A stretch of 64,000 nucleotides of DNA. Origin: a virus (Duplodnaviria; Caudoviricetes). This document shows positions 1-8,834 of the stretch, one piece after another; the stretch's first letter is position 1, and each line of letters begins with the position of its first letter. The notes beneath the pieces were generated by a model that saw nothing but the letters and a program-made list of their open reading frames with translations, ran no database searches and was not told the origin of the DNA. The position numbers and the translations under genes are program-made. The stretch lies in IMG/VR virus record IMGVR_UViG_3300045285_000115, positions 4,053-68,052 of that record. One strand, given 5' to 3'.

Positions 1-104
1 AGGCTTGGACCCGCAAGGCGTTCTTCGACTATTGGGGTTCCCATCCGGTCCACGCCGACGATCTCCTTGCCGAGATCGAATGGCCAACTGACAAGCCTTC
101 GGCT

Positions 105-413
105 TTGGTCACTATCGACGACCGGGCGCTGACGTTCGACGGCACATGGCCGCCGATTGAGGCGCTGAAAGACTTCAAGCCCTGGAACAAGCGGCCGTTC
201 GGGGCAACCGGCGACTTCCCCCAAGGCAAGCTCAACGACCACGACGAAGGCGGCCTACGCATGGGCATCACCTATGACAAGGTTGACGGCATCGTGCGCG
301 TCGAGTTCGGCAAGCCGGTCGCGTGGCTCGGTTTGCCGCCTCCGAACGCCATCGCCATGGCGCAGTTATTGTTAAAGCATGCCGGCGTCCGCAAAGTCGA
401 AATCGAGATGTAA
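105..413 (+). CDS. hypothetical protein
   Basis: 102-aa ORF with phage-like codon usage, followed closely by next + ORF. Confidence 0.65.
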   Translation: MVTIDDRALTFDGTWPPIEALKDFKPWNKRPFGATGDFPQGKLNDHDEGGLRMGITYDKVDGIVRVEFGKPVAWLGLPPPNAIAMAQLLLKHAGVRKVEIEM

Positions 414-417
414 CGCC

Positions 418-600
418 ATGCTCTGCCTTCGCTGCCACGGCACCGGGTTAGCCGCCACTTCCACCCATGGGGAACTCATTCTCTGCGAGGACTGCCATGG
501 GCATGGGGTGGTGGCTTGCTGCGAGGGCAGCGAACGGTTTGGGCAGATGGCGGGGGAGGAAAGTGTTTCACGTGAAACGGGCCACCAGAAAGGTTTCTAA
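418..600 (+). CDS. small Zn-finger protein (DnaJ-type CxxCxGxG)
   Basis: MLCLRCHGTG...CEDCHGHG; stop directly abuts next ATG at 601. Confidence 0.6.
   Translation: MLCLRCHGTGLAATSTHGELILCEDCHGHGVVACCEGSERFGQMAGEESVSRETGHQKGF
564..579. promoter_or_regulatory. parS-like centromere site (15/16 match)
   Basis: TGTTTCACGTGAAACG vs consensus TGTTTCACGTGAAACA. Confidence 0.7.
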
Positions 601-1389
601 ATGCCGCTCGAATTGACGGTCGCTGCGCTTAAAGAGGCCAAGTTTCGCGGGCCGGTGGCTTTTTACGACGGCCGCAACGGCATGGCCCGGCAGGATTTCG
701 AGGCGGTGGATGAACCGCGTTTCGGGTATTTCTGGCGCCGCGAGGACCGGAAAGATCGCGGCCGACAAGCCTACATGGTGGATGGCAAGGAAGTGGCCAA
801 CCTCGAAGAGGCCGTCAAGCTTTTGGCGTTGCCGCCCGATCCCGACAGCCCCGCCGAAGTTCGCAAGCGGTCCCATGACGAATTTTCCTTTTCTCCCAAG
901 CTCAATTATGGGGCCACACGCGCCCTTTCCGAAGCACGCTGCAACGCCGATGGCGGTCCTTATCAGATGATTCGCGCATGGCTGCACCGGTCTGAGAACT
1001 CATGGCACGTTGGCATGAACCGTTGGGCCGATATTGAGCGGACATCCGGCCGCGAACATCCCAGTTGGATTTATGACGTCAAAAGTGCCGCGCACGAAAC
1101 CTATCGCGCGATGTATCTTTTCCAGGAGGACCGCGAGAAAGAGAACGGGCTGCAATGCGCTCTCGGCGTGCGCTGCCGGGATTGTCCGATTCTCGGCGAA
1201 ATTGAAAAGGCCATGGTTGACGCGCGCACTCGCCAACCCTTCCCGCGCGATATCGAGGACGCTGATATCGACGCGGCAAAGACCTGGGTTTGCTTAGGGC
1301 ATATCCTTACCAGCGGCAACCACGCGATAGACGGCGCGTTCTTCAGCACCGAGGCCGATCGGAAGGATACCGGCTGCGGTCTCTACTGA
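601..1389 (+). CDS. hypothetical protein (262 aa)
   Basis: long ORF, GC3-rich codons. Confidence 0.8.
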   Translation: MPLELTVAALKEAKFRGPVAFYDGRNGMARQDFEAVDEPRFGYFWRREDRKDRGRQAYMVDGKEVANLEEAVKLLALPPDPDSPAEVRKRSHDEFSFSPKLNYGATRALSEARCNADGGPYQMIRAWLHRSENSWHVGMNRWADIERTSGREHPSWIYDVKSAAHETYRAMYLFQEDREKENGLQCALGVRCRDCPILGEIEKAMVDARTRQPFPRDIEDADIDAAKTWVCLGHILTSGNHAIDGAFFSTEADRKDTGCGLY

Positions 1390-1391
1390 CT

Positions 1392-1407
1392 TGTTTCACG
1401 TGAAACA
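1392..1407. promoter_or_regulatory. parS centromere site (perfect 16-bp palindrome)
   Basis: TGTTTCACGTGAAACA, intergenic. Confidence 0.8.
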
Positions 1408-1525
1408 CTTTCACTAGAGGGAGATGCGGATGACCGAGGCGACCGCGAGCGGGAGAAAAAGGACGGCGAAGGAACTCCCGTCTGCCCCGCTTGCGCAGCC
1501 TCGCCTTTGGTGAGGTTGAAATAAG

Positions 1526-1652
1526 GTTTGGTTCATGAGAGGGGAGCGCGCATTGATGGCATCACCGGTCACCGTTCTTTCTTCGCGCCCAAGATCGAGG
1601 CCGCGGGTGACCGCCCCGACTCTCGCACGGTTTGCCCTCTCATGAACCAAAC
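1526..1652. repeat. inverted pair of bipartite intergenic repeats (empty, 32 bp between arms)
   Basis: GTTTGGTTCATGA-N27-CGGTCACC (1526-1573) and GGTGACCG-N26-TCATGAACCAAAC (1606-1652). Confidence 0.85.
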
Positions 1653-1669
1653 AAATCCCTAAACCCGCC

Positions 1670-1864
1670 ATGCCCGACAACGTCATCTCGTTATCCTCCC
1701 ACCGCGCCCTGCAAGACAACGGGGCGCGAGAAGCCTTGATCGAGATTCTGCGGGAGCGATTCTTCATCCCCGATCATGAGGATGCTGCGGCTCGATCTGA
1801 CACGTTGTTGCAAGCGCTGTGGTCGCATGGCTACAAGGTGGTGCCGGTTGAGGCAGAGAAATGA
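1670..1864 (+). CDS. hypothetical protein
   Basis: 64-aa ORF; ATGA overlap with next ORF. Confidence 0.65.
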   Translation: MPDNVISLSSHRALQDNGAREALIEILRERFFIPDHEDAAARSDTLLQALWSHGYKVVPVEAEK

Positions 1865-2019
1865 CGGCAGCGCCGAAAAAGCGCAAGCGCAAACCGAAAC
1901 CCCGGCGCGTTTGTATTTGCGACGGCGACAAGCATTGGTTCACCGATGGGGAACATAAAATCCTGCGCGTACTTCATAAAACGAATCCGTTCTGCAAGGC
2001 CCATGTTGAGCAGTTTTAG
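1861..2019 (+). CDS. small basic Cys/His protein
   Basis: MTAAPKKRKRKPKPRRVCICDGDKHW...; hand-translated, ATGA coupling. Confidence 0.5.
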   Translation: MTAAPKKRKRKPKPRRVCICDGDKHWFTDGEHKILRVLHKTNPFCKAHVEQF

Positions 2020-2028
2020 TTATGGCGT

Positions 2029-2208
2029 TTAATCCCGATGCTGCGGGCAATAGTAGCGCGTTTCCTTGTCTGATTTCACGTACTGCCAGCCCTTCAACTC
2101 GAATATCCTCGGCGGGTCCATGGCACCCTGCGGGATCGTTATCGAGCGGTGACAGCCGTCGTGGTCGCACTCGAAGGTGATCCGGCCGCCGTGAACGGAA
2201 AGGATCAT
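2029..2208 (-). CDS. small Zn-binding protein
   Basis: MILSVHGGRITFECDHDGC...YYCPQH; ATGA overlap with upstream stop at 2205. Confidence 0.55.
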   Translation of the reverse strand: MILSVHGGRITFECDHDGCHRSITIPQGAMDPPRIFELKGWQYVKSDKETRYYCPQHRD

Positions 2209-3113
2209 TTGTGTGGCAGAACGGCATAAATGGTGACGGCCTGACTGAGTACCAGAACCCCCATCATTATATAACTGACGATCTCGCCGCGGCCCATGCC
2301 GCGCTCTTTCGCGCCAGCCTCGGACTTTTCTACCGTCCTCAAACTTTTTGCCAGTTCGCGAATAGCCTCCGCATTGGTGTCCGCCATCTTGCTCATAGAG
2401 CGCGTCATAGTTTCCTGCATCGAAACCATACCAGAGCCCAAAGAACTTAGAGCATTCGCTAGCTGCGGATCAGAAATGCTGGTCTTGCCCTGGGTCACGT
2501 CCAGTCGCGACTTGATGTCGTTAAACTGCATTTCCGAACTTTTGCGCAACTCAGCAATTTGCGCTTCAAAATTCTTTCTAACCTCCGAAAGAAACTCCTG
2601 CCCCTGTTTGATGAGAGCCGCAAATCCCGCCTCCATCTTCGTACTGGCGGCCGTGTTGCTGTCGTTCGTGGCGATGGCCTGCTTTTCCTGCGCCTGTAGG
2701 GCGGCCGTCAGCGCCTTGTCATTCGATCCGAACTGATTGTTTACTCCGTTGAACTTCTCTTTCGTCTCTGCAATGTGGCCGTCAACCTTGCCCTCTAACT
2801 CCGCGAAGGCGGTGTCAATCTTTCCATCGACCTTCGCAAGCGCCCCCTCCATTCTCGCCGTCATTTCGGCCCGTAAACCACCAACCGCCCGGTCGATGTC
2901 GGTCGGCACGCGGACCATATCTTCATGTTGAAGTTTGGTCGCCGTGTCGATTCCTGCAAAGCGCGTGTGGACCGACCGAAGCTCTGTCTGAAATTCATTG
3001 CGCAGAGCAACAAGCGGATCGCCCCGCGATACCTGCATCAAAGCTTGCGACAGCTTAGTAAGAATATCGCGATCGCCAGGGGTTTGAATTTCGCCGTCAA
3101 TGCCGTCCGCCAT
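2205..3113 (-). CDS. coiled-coil protein with C-terminal membrane anchor
   Basis: 302 aa, helical heptad composition, hydrophobic C-terminus. Confidence 0.75.
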   Translation of the reverse strand: MADGIDGEIQTPGDRDILTKLSQALMQVSRGDPLVALRNEFQTELRSVHTRFAGIDTATKLQHEDMVRVPTDIDRAVGGLRAEMTARMEGALAKVDGKIDTAFAELEGKVDGHIAETKEKFNGVNNQFGSNDKALTAALQAQEKQAIATNDSNTAASTKMEAGFAALIKQGQEFLSEVRKNFEAQIAELRKSSEMQFNDIKSRLDVTQGKTSISDPQLANALSSLGSGMVSMQETMTRSMSKMADTNAEAIRELAKSLRTVEKSEAGAKERGMGRGEIVSYIMMGVLVLSQAVTIYAVLPHK

Positions 3114-3122
3114 GCCCCTCTC

Positions 3123-3269
3123 CTACCACAGCAGCGCAACGACCGAGGCCAGCAGCGAGGCCGCAAATACCGCCCCGACGACCTCGACGACCAACTGCTC
3201 AACCGTCGTGAGCCCGCGCCACCAGGAGCGCCACTGTTTGATAGGATTCGCGTTATTCCGCTGGCTCAA
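3123..3269 (-). CDS. small membrane protein
   Basis: TTG start after GGGGG, C-terminal TM (VVGAVFAASLLASVVALLW). Confidence 0.4.
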   Translation of the reverse strand: MSQRNNANPIKQWRSWWRGLTTVEQLVVEVVGAVFAASLLASVVALLW

Positions 3270-3325
3270 GTTCGGCGCCCCCTAGGCCATGTGTGCAATT
3301 TCGCATGATTCGCGTGTGAATGTCG

Positions 3326-3362
3326 AAAAGCCGCCGCGTCGGGGTTCTGACGACGCGGCGGC
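3326..3362 (-). terminator. intrinsic terminator after porin gene
   Basis: 12-bp stem GCCGCCGCGTCG/CGACGCGGCGGC followed by TTTT on minus strand. Confidence 0.75.
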
Positions 3363-3400
3363 CTGGCAGGCGGATCGCGGCAGCGACCCGCGGGGAAAGT

Positions 3401-4225
3401 TCAGCGCGGCACAGGGAATAGAAACGCCACCTTGCCCATGTACCGCGTGCCGGTGTCAAGCCCACCAGTGAAGCCAGGAGCCCCGCCGCCGCTGGCGCCG
3501 AGGTTCGTCACCTCGAAGCCGCGCATCGGCCACGACACCATCGCGGACACGTCCACGGCATTGCCGGTAGGCTTGCCCGTCGTCTTGTCCAAGATTTGCC
3601 AGATCGCCCCGAGCTTGAGCATGGGCGCAAACGCCACGTCGGCCCCGTTGACGCTGCCGACACTGCCAGTGACACCGAACGCCTCAAAACCAGCCGCGAT
3701 GTAACTGCGCGGCCCGGCCTCCACGTTGACGCCGGCGGGCGGAATCGGCGTGAACGTGGGGAAGGTAATGCCACCGATACCGAGCCCGCCGAGGGTGCTG
3801 GAGATCATCGAAAGCGGATCGACGGTCCCGCCATAGCGAAACTCGACGGTCGAACTCCAGCGGCTCGCGATGCCGATGGGCTGATTCGCCACGACCTCGC
3901 CAGCCGAGATGTTCTGATAATCGACGCAGGCTTGCAGGCCGAGCCATTGCGCGGCGTGGCCCTTGATGTAGCCGAAGCACCCGCCGACCGTGCCGCCCGA
4001 AGCCGTCAGCTTGCCGCTCACAAGCGAGTTGGCGAAGAGCGGCGAACCGCTGGCCGAAGCCTGTTGTACACCCGCGCCGGCCTCGATGCCCCAATAGAAG
4101 CCTGAGGTATCGACGAAGAAAACCGGGGGTGCCTTGACCGGCATGACCGGCAGATCGGCCGCACCGGCGGCGTTCCCTGCGAGGATAAAGGCCATACCAG
4201 CGTAAAGAAGAGTCTTGATTTTCAT
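3401..4225 (-). CDS. outer-membrane beta-barrel protein, Omp25/Omp31/RopB-like
   Basis: signal peptide then ADLPVMPVKAPP...SGFYWGIEAGAG, amphipathic strands, aromatic near C-terminus. Confidence 0.75.
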   Translation of the reverse strand: MKIKTLLYAGMAFILAGNAAGAADLPVMPVKAPPVFFVDTSGFYWGIEAGAGVQQASASGSPLFANSLVSGKLTASGGTVGGCFGYIKGHAAQWLGLQACVDYQNISAGEVVANQPIGIASRWSSTVEFRYGGTVDPLSMISSTLGGLGIGGITFPTFTPIPPAGVNVEAGPRSYIAAGFEAFGVTGSVGSVNGADVAFAPMLKLGAIWQILDKTTGKPTGNAVDVSAMVSWPMRGFEVTNLGASGGGAPGFTGGLDTGTRYMGKVAFLFPVPR

Positions 4226-4377
4226 TTGTCCGTCCCTCCGAACCGCCCCCATTGGCGGAATGGGTTTGATAAGAATCCGATGACATGATTCGGGAAAGGG
4301 GCGAACGGGTTAGCCACGTGGATTTAAGGAATGGTGTGGTTTTTGGGTGACAGGCGGGGTTGATTCCCGATTACCGA

Positions 4378-4701
4378 CTACATTCTTCGGCTTGCGCCAG
4401 TCCCAAGTGAACCATCTCGGTTGATATTGACCGGCGTATCGTCCTCGCTGTTCAAAATGGCGTCCAGTTCTTCGACCGTTGCTGGCGTCTTGGGCGCCAT
4501 TCGATCAAGTTCCCGTTGTAGCAACCACGCCGCATCCTCACCCATTCCCTGCAATCCGCGCTGCGGCGGAATTGCGAGCACGAACGCGCCAAGCAAGTCC
4601 ATGGTCTCAACGCGCGCCCGTAGGACTTCGTTTTCGCGGCGTAGTTCTCGAAGCTGATCGATTGCCATTCTCATCGCGCGCTCTTCGTCGGTCATTGTCA
4701 T
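4378..4701 (-). CDS. hypothetical protein
   Basis: 107-aa ORF in minus-strand operon. Confidence 0.65.
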   Translation of the reverse strand: MTMTDEERAMRMAIDQLRELRRENEVLRARVETMDLLGAFVLAIPPQRGLQGMGEDAAWLLQRELDRMAPKTPATVEELDAILNSEDDTPVNINRDGSLGTGASRRM

Positions 4702-4789
4702 GCTCCATTTGGTTGCAGTGATCGGTACGCCAGTCGAAATTACACTTAGCTTCGTCGCCTCCGCAGTAGGGACACGGTTCCATAGTTTG

Positions 4790-5065
4790 TTAACCGACTG
4801 ATACCAACTTGCGGCCTTCGTAAGTTAGCGGCGTGTTGGTCCATGGATAGGGCGTTGAGTTATCGATCTTCAAAAGACCCCGCGTCTCAAGACGCTTGAT
4901 CGTGGTGAACAACGCTCCCGTCATTTCAAAGCAGCTAAACCGTTGTGGTCCAGCGAGCGCGCGGAGCACAGCCATATCGTCGCCGTACATCTTCTTAGGA
5001 AGATCATCGAGCGACGAAAAGCGATCTATGTGGACAGCCCCGCCCTTGAATTTAACTTTTGTCAT
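4790..5065 (-). CDS. hypothetical protein (possible winged helix)
   Basis: 91 aa; TIKRLETRGLLKID. Confidence 0.6.
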   Translation of the reverse strand: MTKVKFKGGAVHIDRFSSLDDLPKKMYGDDMAVLRALAGPQRFSCFEMTGALFTTIKRLETRGLLKIDNSTPYPWTNTPLTYEGRKLVSVG

Positions 5066-5089
5066 GGTAGCCTCGTTGCTAATCTTGGA

Positions 5090-5332
5090 TTAACCCCGTA
5101 TGCGGCACGCAATGACGACGCAGCGCCAGCCGAGGCGCAGCATTTCCTTGGCGCTCATGCGGAATTGGATGTGCGTTTCGGGATTGAGGCTCGAAACCTT
5201 GAGCATCCCGCCACCGTAACTGATCTTCGGCCCGGTCGGATGCCAGAACAGCGTGGCGTCCTTCGGCCATGGGATGTTGTGCTCGGCGAAGGCGCGTCTC
5301 AGGTTTTCCGCCTGCTCATGCGATGAAGTCAT
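5090..5332 (-). CDS. hypothetical protein
   Basis: start MTSSHEQ with AAGGAA upstream. Confidence 0.55.
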   Translation of the reverse strand: MTSSHEQAENLRRAFAEHNIPWPKDATLFWHPTGPKISYGGGMLKVSSLNPETHIQFRMSAKEMLRLGWRCVVIACRIRG

Positions 5333-5375
5333 GTTTGTTCCTTGCCTGTGATTGTTAACGTTGTGTTTACGACTC

Positions 5376-5687
5376 TCACTCGCACTGGCGGGCGTCGTAG
5401 AGGCCAATTTCTTTTTGGTCATCATCGTCAAGAGTGACGGCCGGGCTCGCCTCTAAGCTGGATGATTGCTTATGGGTACTACCGGCCGCCGGAAGATCGG
5501 GTAACGGCATCCAAAGCTCAGGCGTGCCTCGCACGCGCATAGACATGGTATTTATCATCACAGTCCATCCGCTAGAAGCACGGCGTGAGCCCGAATTGCA
5601 TTTCGCCATTCGTACTTCTTTTTGCCACACGACCAAAATCCATTTATCGGTAGGCGGCTCGTCGTGAAACACTGAACGCCAAGTCAT
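5376..5687 (-). CDS. DUF551-like phage protein
   Basis: W..V..EPP...ILV...WMPLPDLP pattern. Confidence 0.55.
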   Translation of the reverse strand: MTWRSVFHDEPPTDKWILVVWQKEVRMAKCNSGSRRASSGWTVMINTMSMRVRGTPELWMPLPDLPAAGSTHKQSSSLEASPAVTLDDDDQKEIGLYDARQCE

Positions 5688-5714
5688 CTGGCTCGCTCCG
5701 TTGGTAATGGGAAG

Positions 5715-5939
5715 TTAGCCTCGGAAGTTTCGACGTTTGGACGTAACCGCCCTCAATAGGCTGATAGAGTTTTTGGTGCTACCAAGCCCTTTTGCAGTTG
5801 GACCTTTATCGCCTATCTCAAATCCGGCCATGAATGCCTTCCTGAGCTGGTGATAAAGAACTCCACCATTGTTCCTGGGATTGCGCCATAGCGGCCACTC
5901 TCGATCCAAGAAAATCTCAAATTCCTTTTGAAGGCTCAT
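5715..5939 (-). CDS. hypothetical protein
   Basis: 74-aa ORF; YHQLRKAFMAG. Confidence 0.55.
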   Translation of the reverse strand: MSLQKEFEIFLDREWPLWRNPRNNGGVLYHQLRKAFMAGFEIGDKGPTAKGLGSTKNSISLLRAVTSKRRNFRG

Positions 5940-5941
5940 TG

Positions 5942-6181
5942 CTAACCTTGGGTTACCGATTCAGCCTTGGCGACAATAGAGCGAACGCAGGCCTCATCCT
6001 TGCCATTAAGGGCTCTGACAATCGCGCTTTCGATGTCTTGGAGCCACAGGAGCGAATCGCGCTGGGTCCGGTTCGTGTTAGACACGATAATCATGCGCGC
6101 GATGCGCTGATTGTTCGTGGCGTTATTCTTGGTCATTGGTAACGGAACCTTAGCCACGCCGACGGCGCTGAACTGGCTCAA
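5942..6181 (-). CDS. hypothetical protein
   Basis: ORF in operon, start uncertain. Confidence 0.45.
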   Translation of the reverse strand: MSQFSAVGVAKVPLPMTKNNATNNQRIARMIIVSNTNRTQRDSLLWLQDIESAIVRALNGKDEACVRSIVAKAESVTQG

Positions 6182-6305
6182 CGCCTGTACCGTTGCAATG
6201 TGGGCATGGAGGATAGGCCAGAACGATCGGATCGCCCCGCTCGTTATATTCGACAGCTCGGCACGTAGTGCCGGTCCCTTGGCATTGGGTGCATTTTTTG
6301 GTCAT
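6150..6305 (-). CDS. small Zn-finger protein (CxxCxGxG x2)
   Basis: CTQCQGTG...CPHCNGTG. Confidence 0.6.
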   Translation of the reverse strand: MTKKCTQCQGTGTTCRAVEYNERGDPIVLAYPPCPHCNGTGVEPVQRRRRG

Positions 6306-6315
6306 TGGTATCTGC

Positions 6316-6507
6316 TCATTTGCCCCGAAGCATACTGCTGCCGTAGACGGTGATGGCGCTCCCCAACGTAATCGCCTGTTCCGCAGTGATCTCGAAACAC
6401 ACACCTCCACTATGACCATCTGAGTGAGTCACTTCAATTACGTTCCGGCGCCGGTTTTCGAGGACGAGTTTTCCGCCATCACCCAAGTCCAGAACTTGCT
6501 TTTTCAT
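6316..6507 (-). CDS. hypothetical protein
   Basis: 63 aa, GGAGAG RBS upstream. Confidence 0.6.
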   Translation of the reverse strand: MKKQVLDLGDGGKLVLENRRRNVIEVTHSDGHSGGVCFEITAEQAITLGSAITVYGSSMLRGK

Positions 6508-6528
6508 TTTCGTCTCTCCGCTATGTTG

Positions 6529-6735
6529 TCATTTACAACGCTCAACGCGGCGCAAGTCCACACAGCCGGCAACTTTGTCTATCCAGACAACCGGAGTGTG
6601 CCCCGACAGCACCTCCGCTCGCGACCGTGTTATTGTCTCTAGCGCCGATCCATCGTCTCGACGGTAGAGAACCGGAGAACCTACAGGCGTATTGAGATTG
6701 AAAGTATCCACTCGCCGCTGTGATTCTGGGCTCAT
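6529..6735 (-). CDS. hypothetical protein
   Basis: MSPESQRRVDTFNLNTPVGSPVLY; GGAAA upstream. Confidence 0.6.
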   Translation of the reverse strand: MSPESQRRVDTFNLNTPVGSPVLYRRDDGSALETITRSRAEVLSGHTPVVWIDKVAGCVDLRRVERCK

Positions 6736-6764
6736 TTCCTTTTTCTCCGTGGCTATGCTGTCGA

Positions 6765-7067
6765 TTACGCCGCCTCGATTGCCTTGCGTCCCGCATTGGT
6801 CAGGATTGCCCCGAAGTAAGGCTGCTGCTTTGCTCCATCCGAGGGAGCCTGCATCGCTTTGGTGATCGTCACCAAGCCAGGGAAACGGCGCTCGATCTCG
6901 CGCAGACAACGGGCTTCCCCGTAACCCCACACATCGCCGCCATCCTTGATGGCCGCCATGACGGTCTTCATTTCCGCCGTCAGGCCGCAGTAGGACGATG
7001 CCGCTGGCTTGCCGCGCGGAGGGCGACCGGAGCCGCGAGTCGCGCCATAACCATAGTGTCCGCTCAT
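6765..7067 (-). CDS. hypothetical protein
   Basis: ATGA coupling to upstream stop at 7064. Confidence 0.55.
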   Translation of the reverse strand: MSGHYGYGATRGSGRPPRGKPAASSYCGLTAEMKTVMAAIKDGGDVWGYGEARCLREIERRFPGLVTITKAMQAPSDGAKQQPYFGAILTNAGRKAIEAA

Positions 7068-7591
7068 GTTCTGCTCCGTTGTAATAGGGCCATTAACGCA
7101 GCAATCTGCTGTTTTTCTGTTTGGCGCTTGCCTTTCTGGCAATCCTCGGGCCGCAGGCATGCTCCAACCCATGGGCAGCACAGCGCCCGCGCCACATCCT
7201 CCTCGCTTGGCGTCCCTGCCGGCTCGTTCCAGCCATGTAAGCGATCAAAAGCAGTAATTGTCCCTGCCAGCGCTGCGGGAGGCCGCAGGGCGCGGATGTG
7301 GTCAGCCAGAAACGTTAAACGTTCATCTTCTTGCTGTACCTCTCTTGCTGCCGCCTCGATCCCCGCCGCGAAGCCCTCGGCTCGATACTGGTCACATTGC
7401 CGTTTGTATGCAGCCTCCATATCTGGCGTCGCAGCCTTCTCGCCTGGATAAGCGGCCTGCGCTGCTACGAGCGCGGCGCGGAACTCGGCCGTGGAATCAG
7501 CAGTCACATCGTCACTATTGCCGTGGGCTTTGGCGCACCGCTCAAATCGCCTGAGTAATCTTTCACCGGCCTTGATCAGCGCGTCCGTCAT
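7064..7591 (-). CDS. hypothetical protein
   Basis: 175 aa, coupled ORF. Confidence 0.7.
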   Translation of the reverse strand: MTDALIKAGERLLRRFERCAKAHGNSDDVTADSTAEFRAALVAAQAAYPGEKAATPDMEAAYKRQCDQYRAEGFAAGIEAAAREVQQEDERLTFLADHIRALRPPAALAGTITAFDRLHGWNEPAGTPSEEDVARALCCPWVGACLRPEDCQKGKRQTEKQQIAALMALLQRSRT

Positions 7592-7881
7592 GGCTGCACC
7601 TTGGGGAACATGGCGATGACGGCGCGGGCTACCTCTCGGGCGCTGAGTTTTTCAAAATCAAGGTGAAAAAGCACCTGCGCCACCTCCTCCTCAGTCGGCC
7701 GGGCGCGAAGGCGGGCAAGTTCAACAGCCAGCCAATTGAGCGCCTTAACCGCGTCATCGGCATCTACCGTTCCGTCCTCGATCTCCCTGCCGTCGAGATC
7801 GCCGATGAAATCCTCAAGCACGACAAATCGATCCCGACAGTCGTTCGGCAGCGCGCTCCAATCTGCGAAGGTTTCCGTCAT
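7588..7881 (-). CDS. hypothetical protein
   Basis: 97 aa, coupled ORF. Confidence 0.7.
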   Translation of the reverse strand: MTETFADWSALPNDCRDRFVVLEDFIGDLDGREIEDGTVDADDAVKALNWLAVELARLRARPTEEEVAQVLFHLDFEKLSAREVARAVIAMFPKVQP

Positions 7882-8243
7882 TTTCCCAACGCCTCCCGTG
7901 CGCGGCGAAAATCTGCTAGCCGAAAATCCCTGACCGACAGAATTGGCGATCCGCCATCCTTTGCCCTGGCATCAACGAACGCCTCGGCCTTCTCAGCAAA
8001 TGCAGCAAACGGCTCCAGTGTGGCAAGGAGGCGGGTGATCTCAGCGTCTCGGTTTTCCACCAGCTTGTGCAGGAGGGCGTTGGCGCTGCGGAGGTCGGCG
8101 ATCTCGGCGGCGGCTTCTCGGAGCAATGCTTCGCCGGCGTCGTCCCACTCGCCATGTTGGTCAACAATGAAGTTCGCTACTTTTTGTTCGATCTGCATGC
8201 GACCCTCAATGTAAATCAGGTATTTACGACTTCGTCTCGCCAC
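7878..8243 (-). CDS. hypothetical protein
   Basis: coiled-coil ORF, coupled. Confidence 0.65.
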   Translation of the reverse strand: MARRSRKYLIYIEGRMQIEQKVANFIVDQHGEWDDAGEALLREAAAEIADLRSANALLHKLVENRDAEITRLLATLEPFAAFAEKAEAFVDARAKDGGSPILSVRDFRLADFRRAREALGK

Positions 8244-8737
8244 TTCTCAAACAGTGTGCGAGGGTCCTTTTTAGAAATCATTGGGCACGGCCGCACATCG
8301 CATAGAACGAAGTGAATATGCGCCTCAAACAGAGTTTTGCACTTAGGACATGTTTCATCTTTGTATCCTTCCGCTAGCACTCGCTTGTGAAGCACCTGAC
8401 GGTTCACCAGTGCCAAGAGCACGTCGGCATGACAGGGCTGGTCGAGTGGACACCAGCAGGCCAGATTTTTGCCCTGTAGCGGGAGCAGCAAAGCCTCATA
8501 CTCGGTCGGCTGATCGCGGCGCATGTCCTCCATGCGCTGCTTGAACCAATGCACCTGAACGCGCGGCTCGCGCACGTCGTAATGGACCGAGCACATCTGC
8601 TCGTCGAAGTGTCCATAGCCGATGCCACAGCCGGGATAGTACGGATTGCCCCACCGGCTCGGCCGCCCGACGTAGATCGTGTTCGGTGGCATCCGCCATC
8701 CCGATTTACGTTGTCGTTGAATGCGAATTTGGCTCAT
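8216..8737 (-). CDS. DUF4326 domain protein
   Basis: IYVGRPSRWGNPY...LQGKNLACWC...CHADVLL signature. Confidence 0.85.
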   Translation of the reverse strand: MSQIRIQRQRKSGWRMPPNTIYVGRPSRWGNPYYPGCGIGYGHFDEQMCSVHYDVREPRVQVHWFKQRMEDMRRDQPTEYEALLLPLQGKNLACWCPLDQPCHADVLLALVNRQVLHKRVLAEGYKDETCPKCKTLFEAHIHFVLCDVRPCPMISKKDPRTLFEKWRDEVVNT

Positions 8738-8787
8738 TTCTTCGGCCGCCGTTGGTAACTCACCGTTTGCCGCATCACCAAATCTCA

Positions 8788-8834
8788 GGTGACCGATGAA
8801 CGAACGACTGTCGCGCCCCTCTCATGAAACAAAC
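8788..8834 (+). repeat. bipartite intergenic repeat copy
   Basis: GGTGACCG-N26-TCATGAAACAAAC. Confidence 0.85.

Noticed and set aside
564-600. VSRET peptide as a protein motif
   Set aside because: It is the translation of the parS DNA palindrome; the signal is at DNA level.
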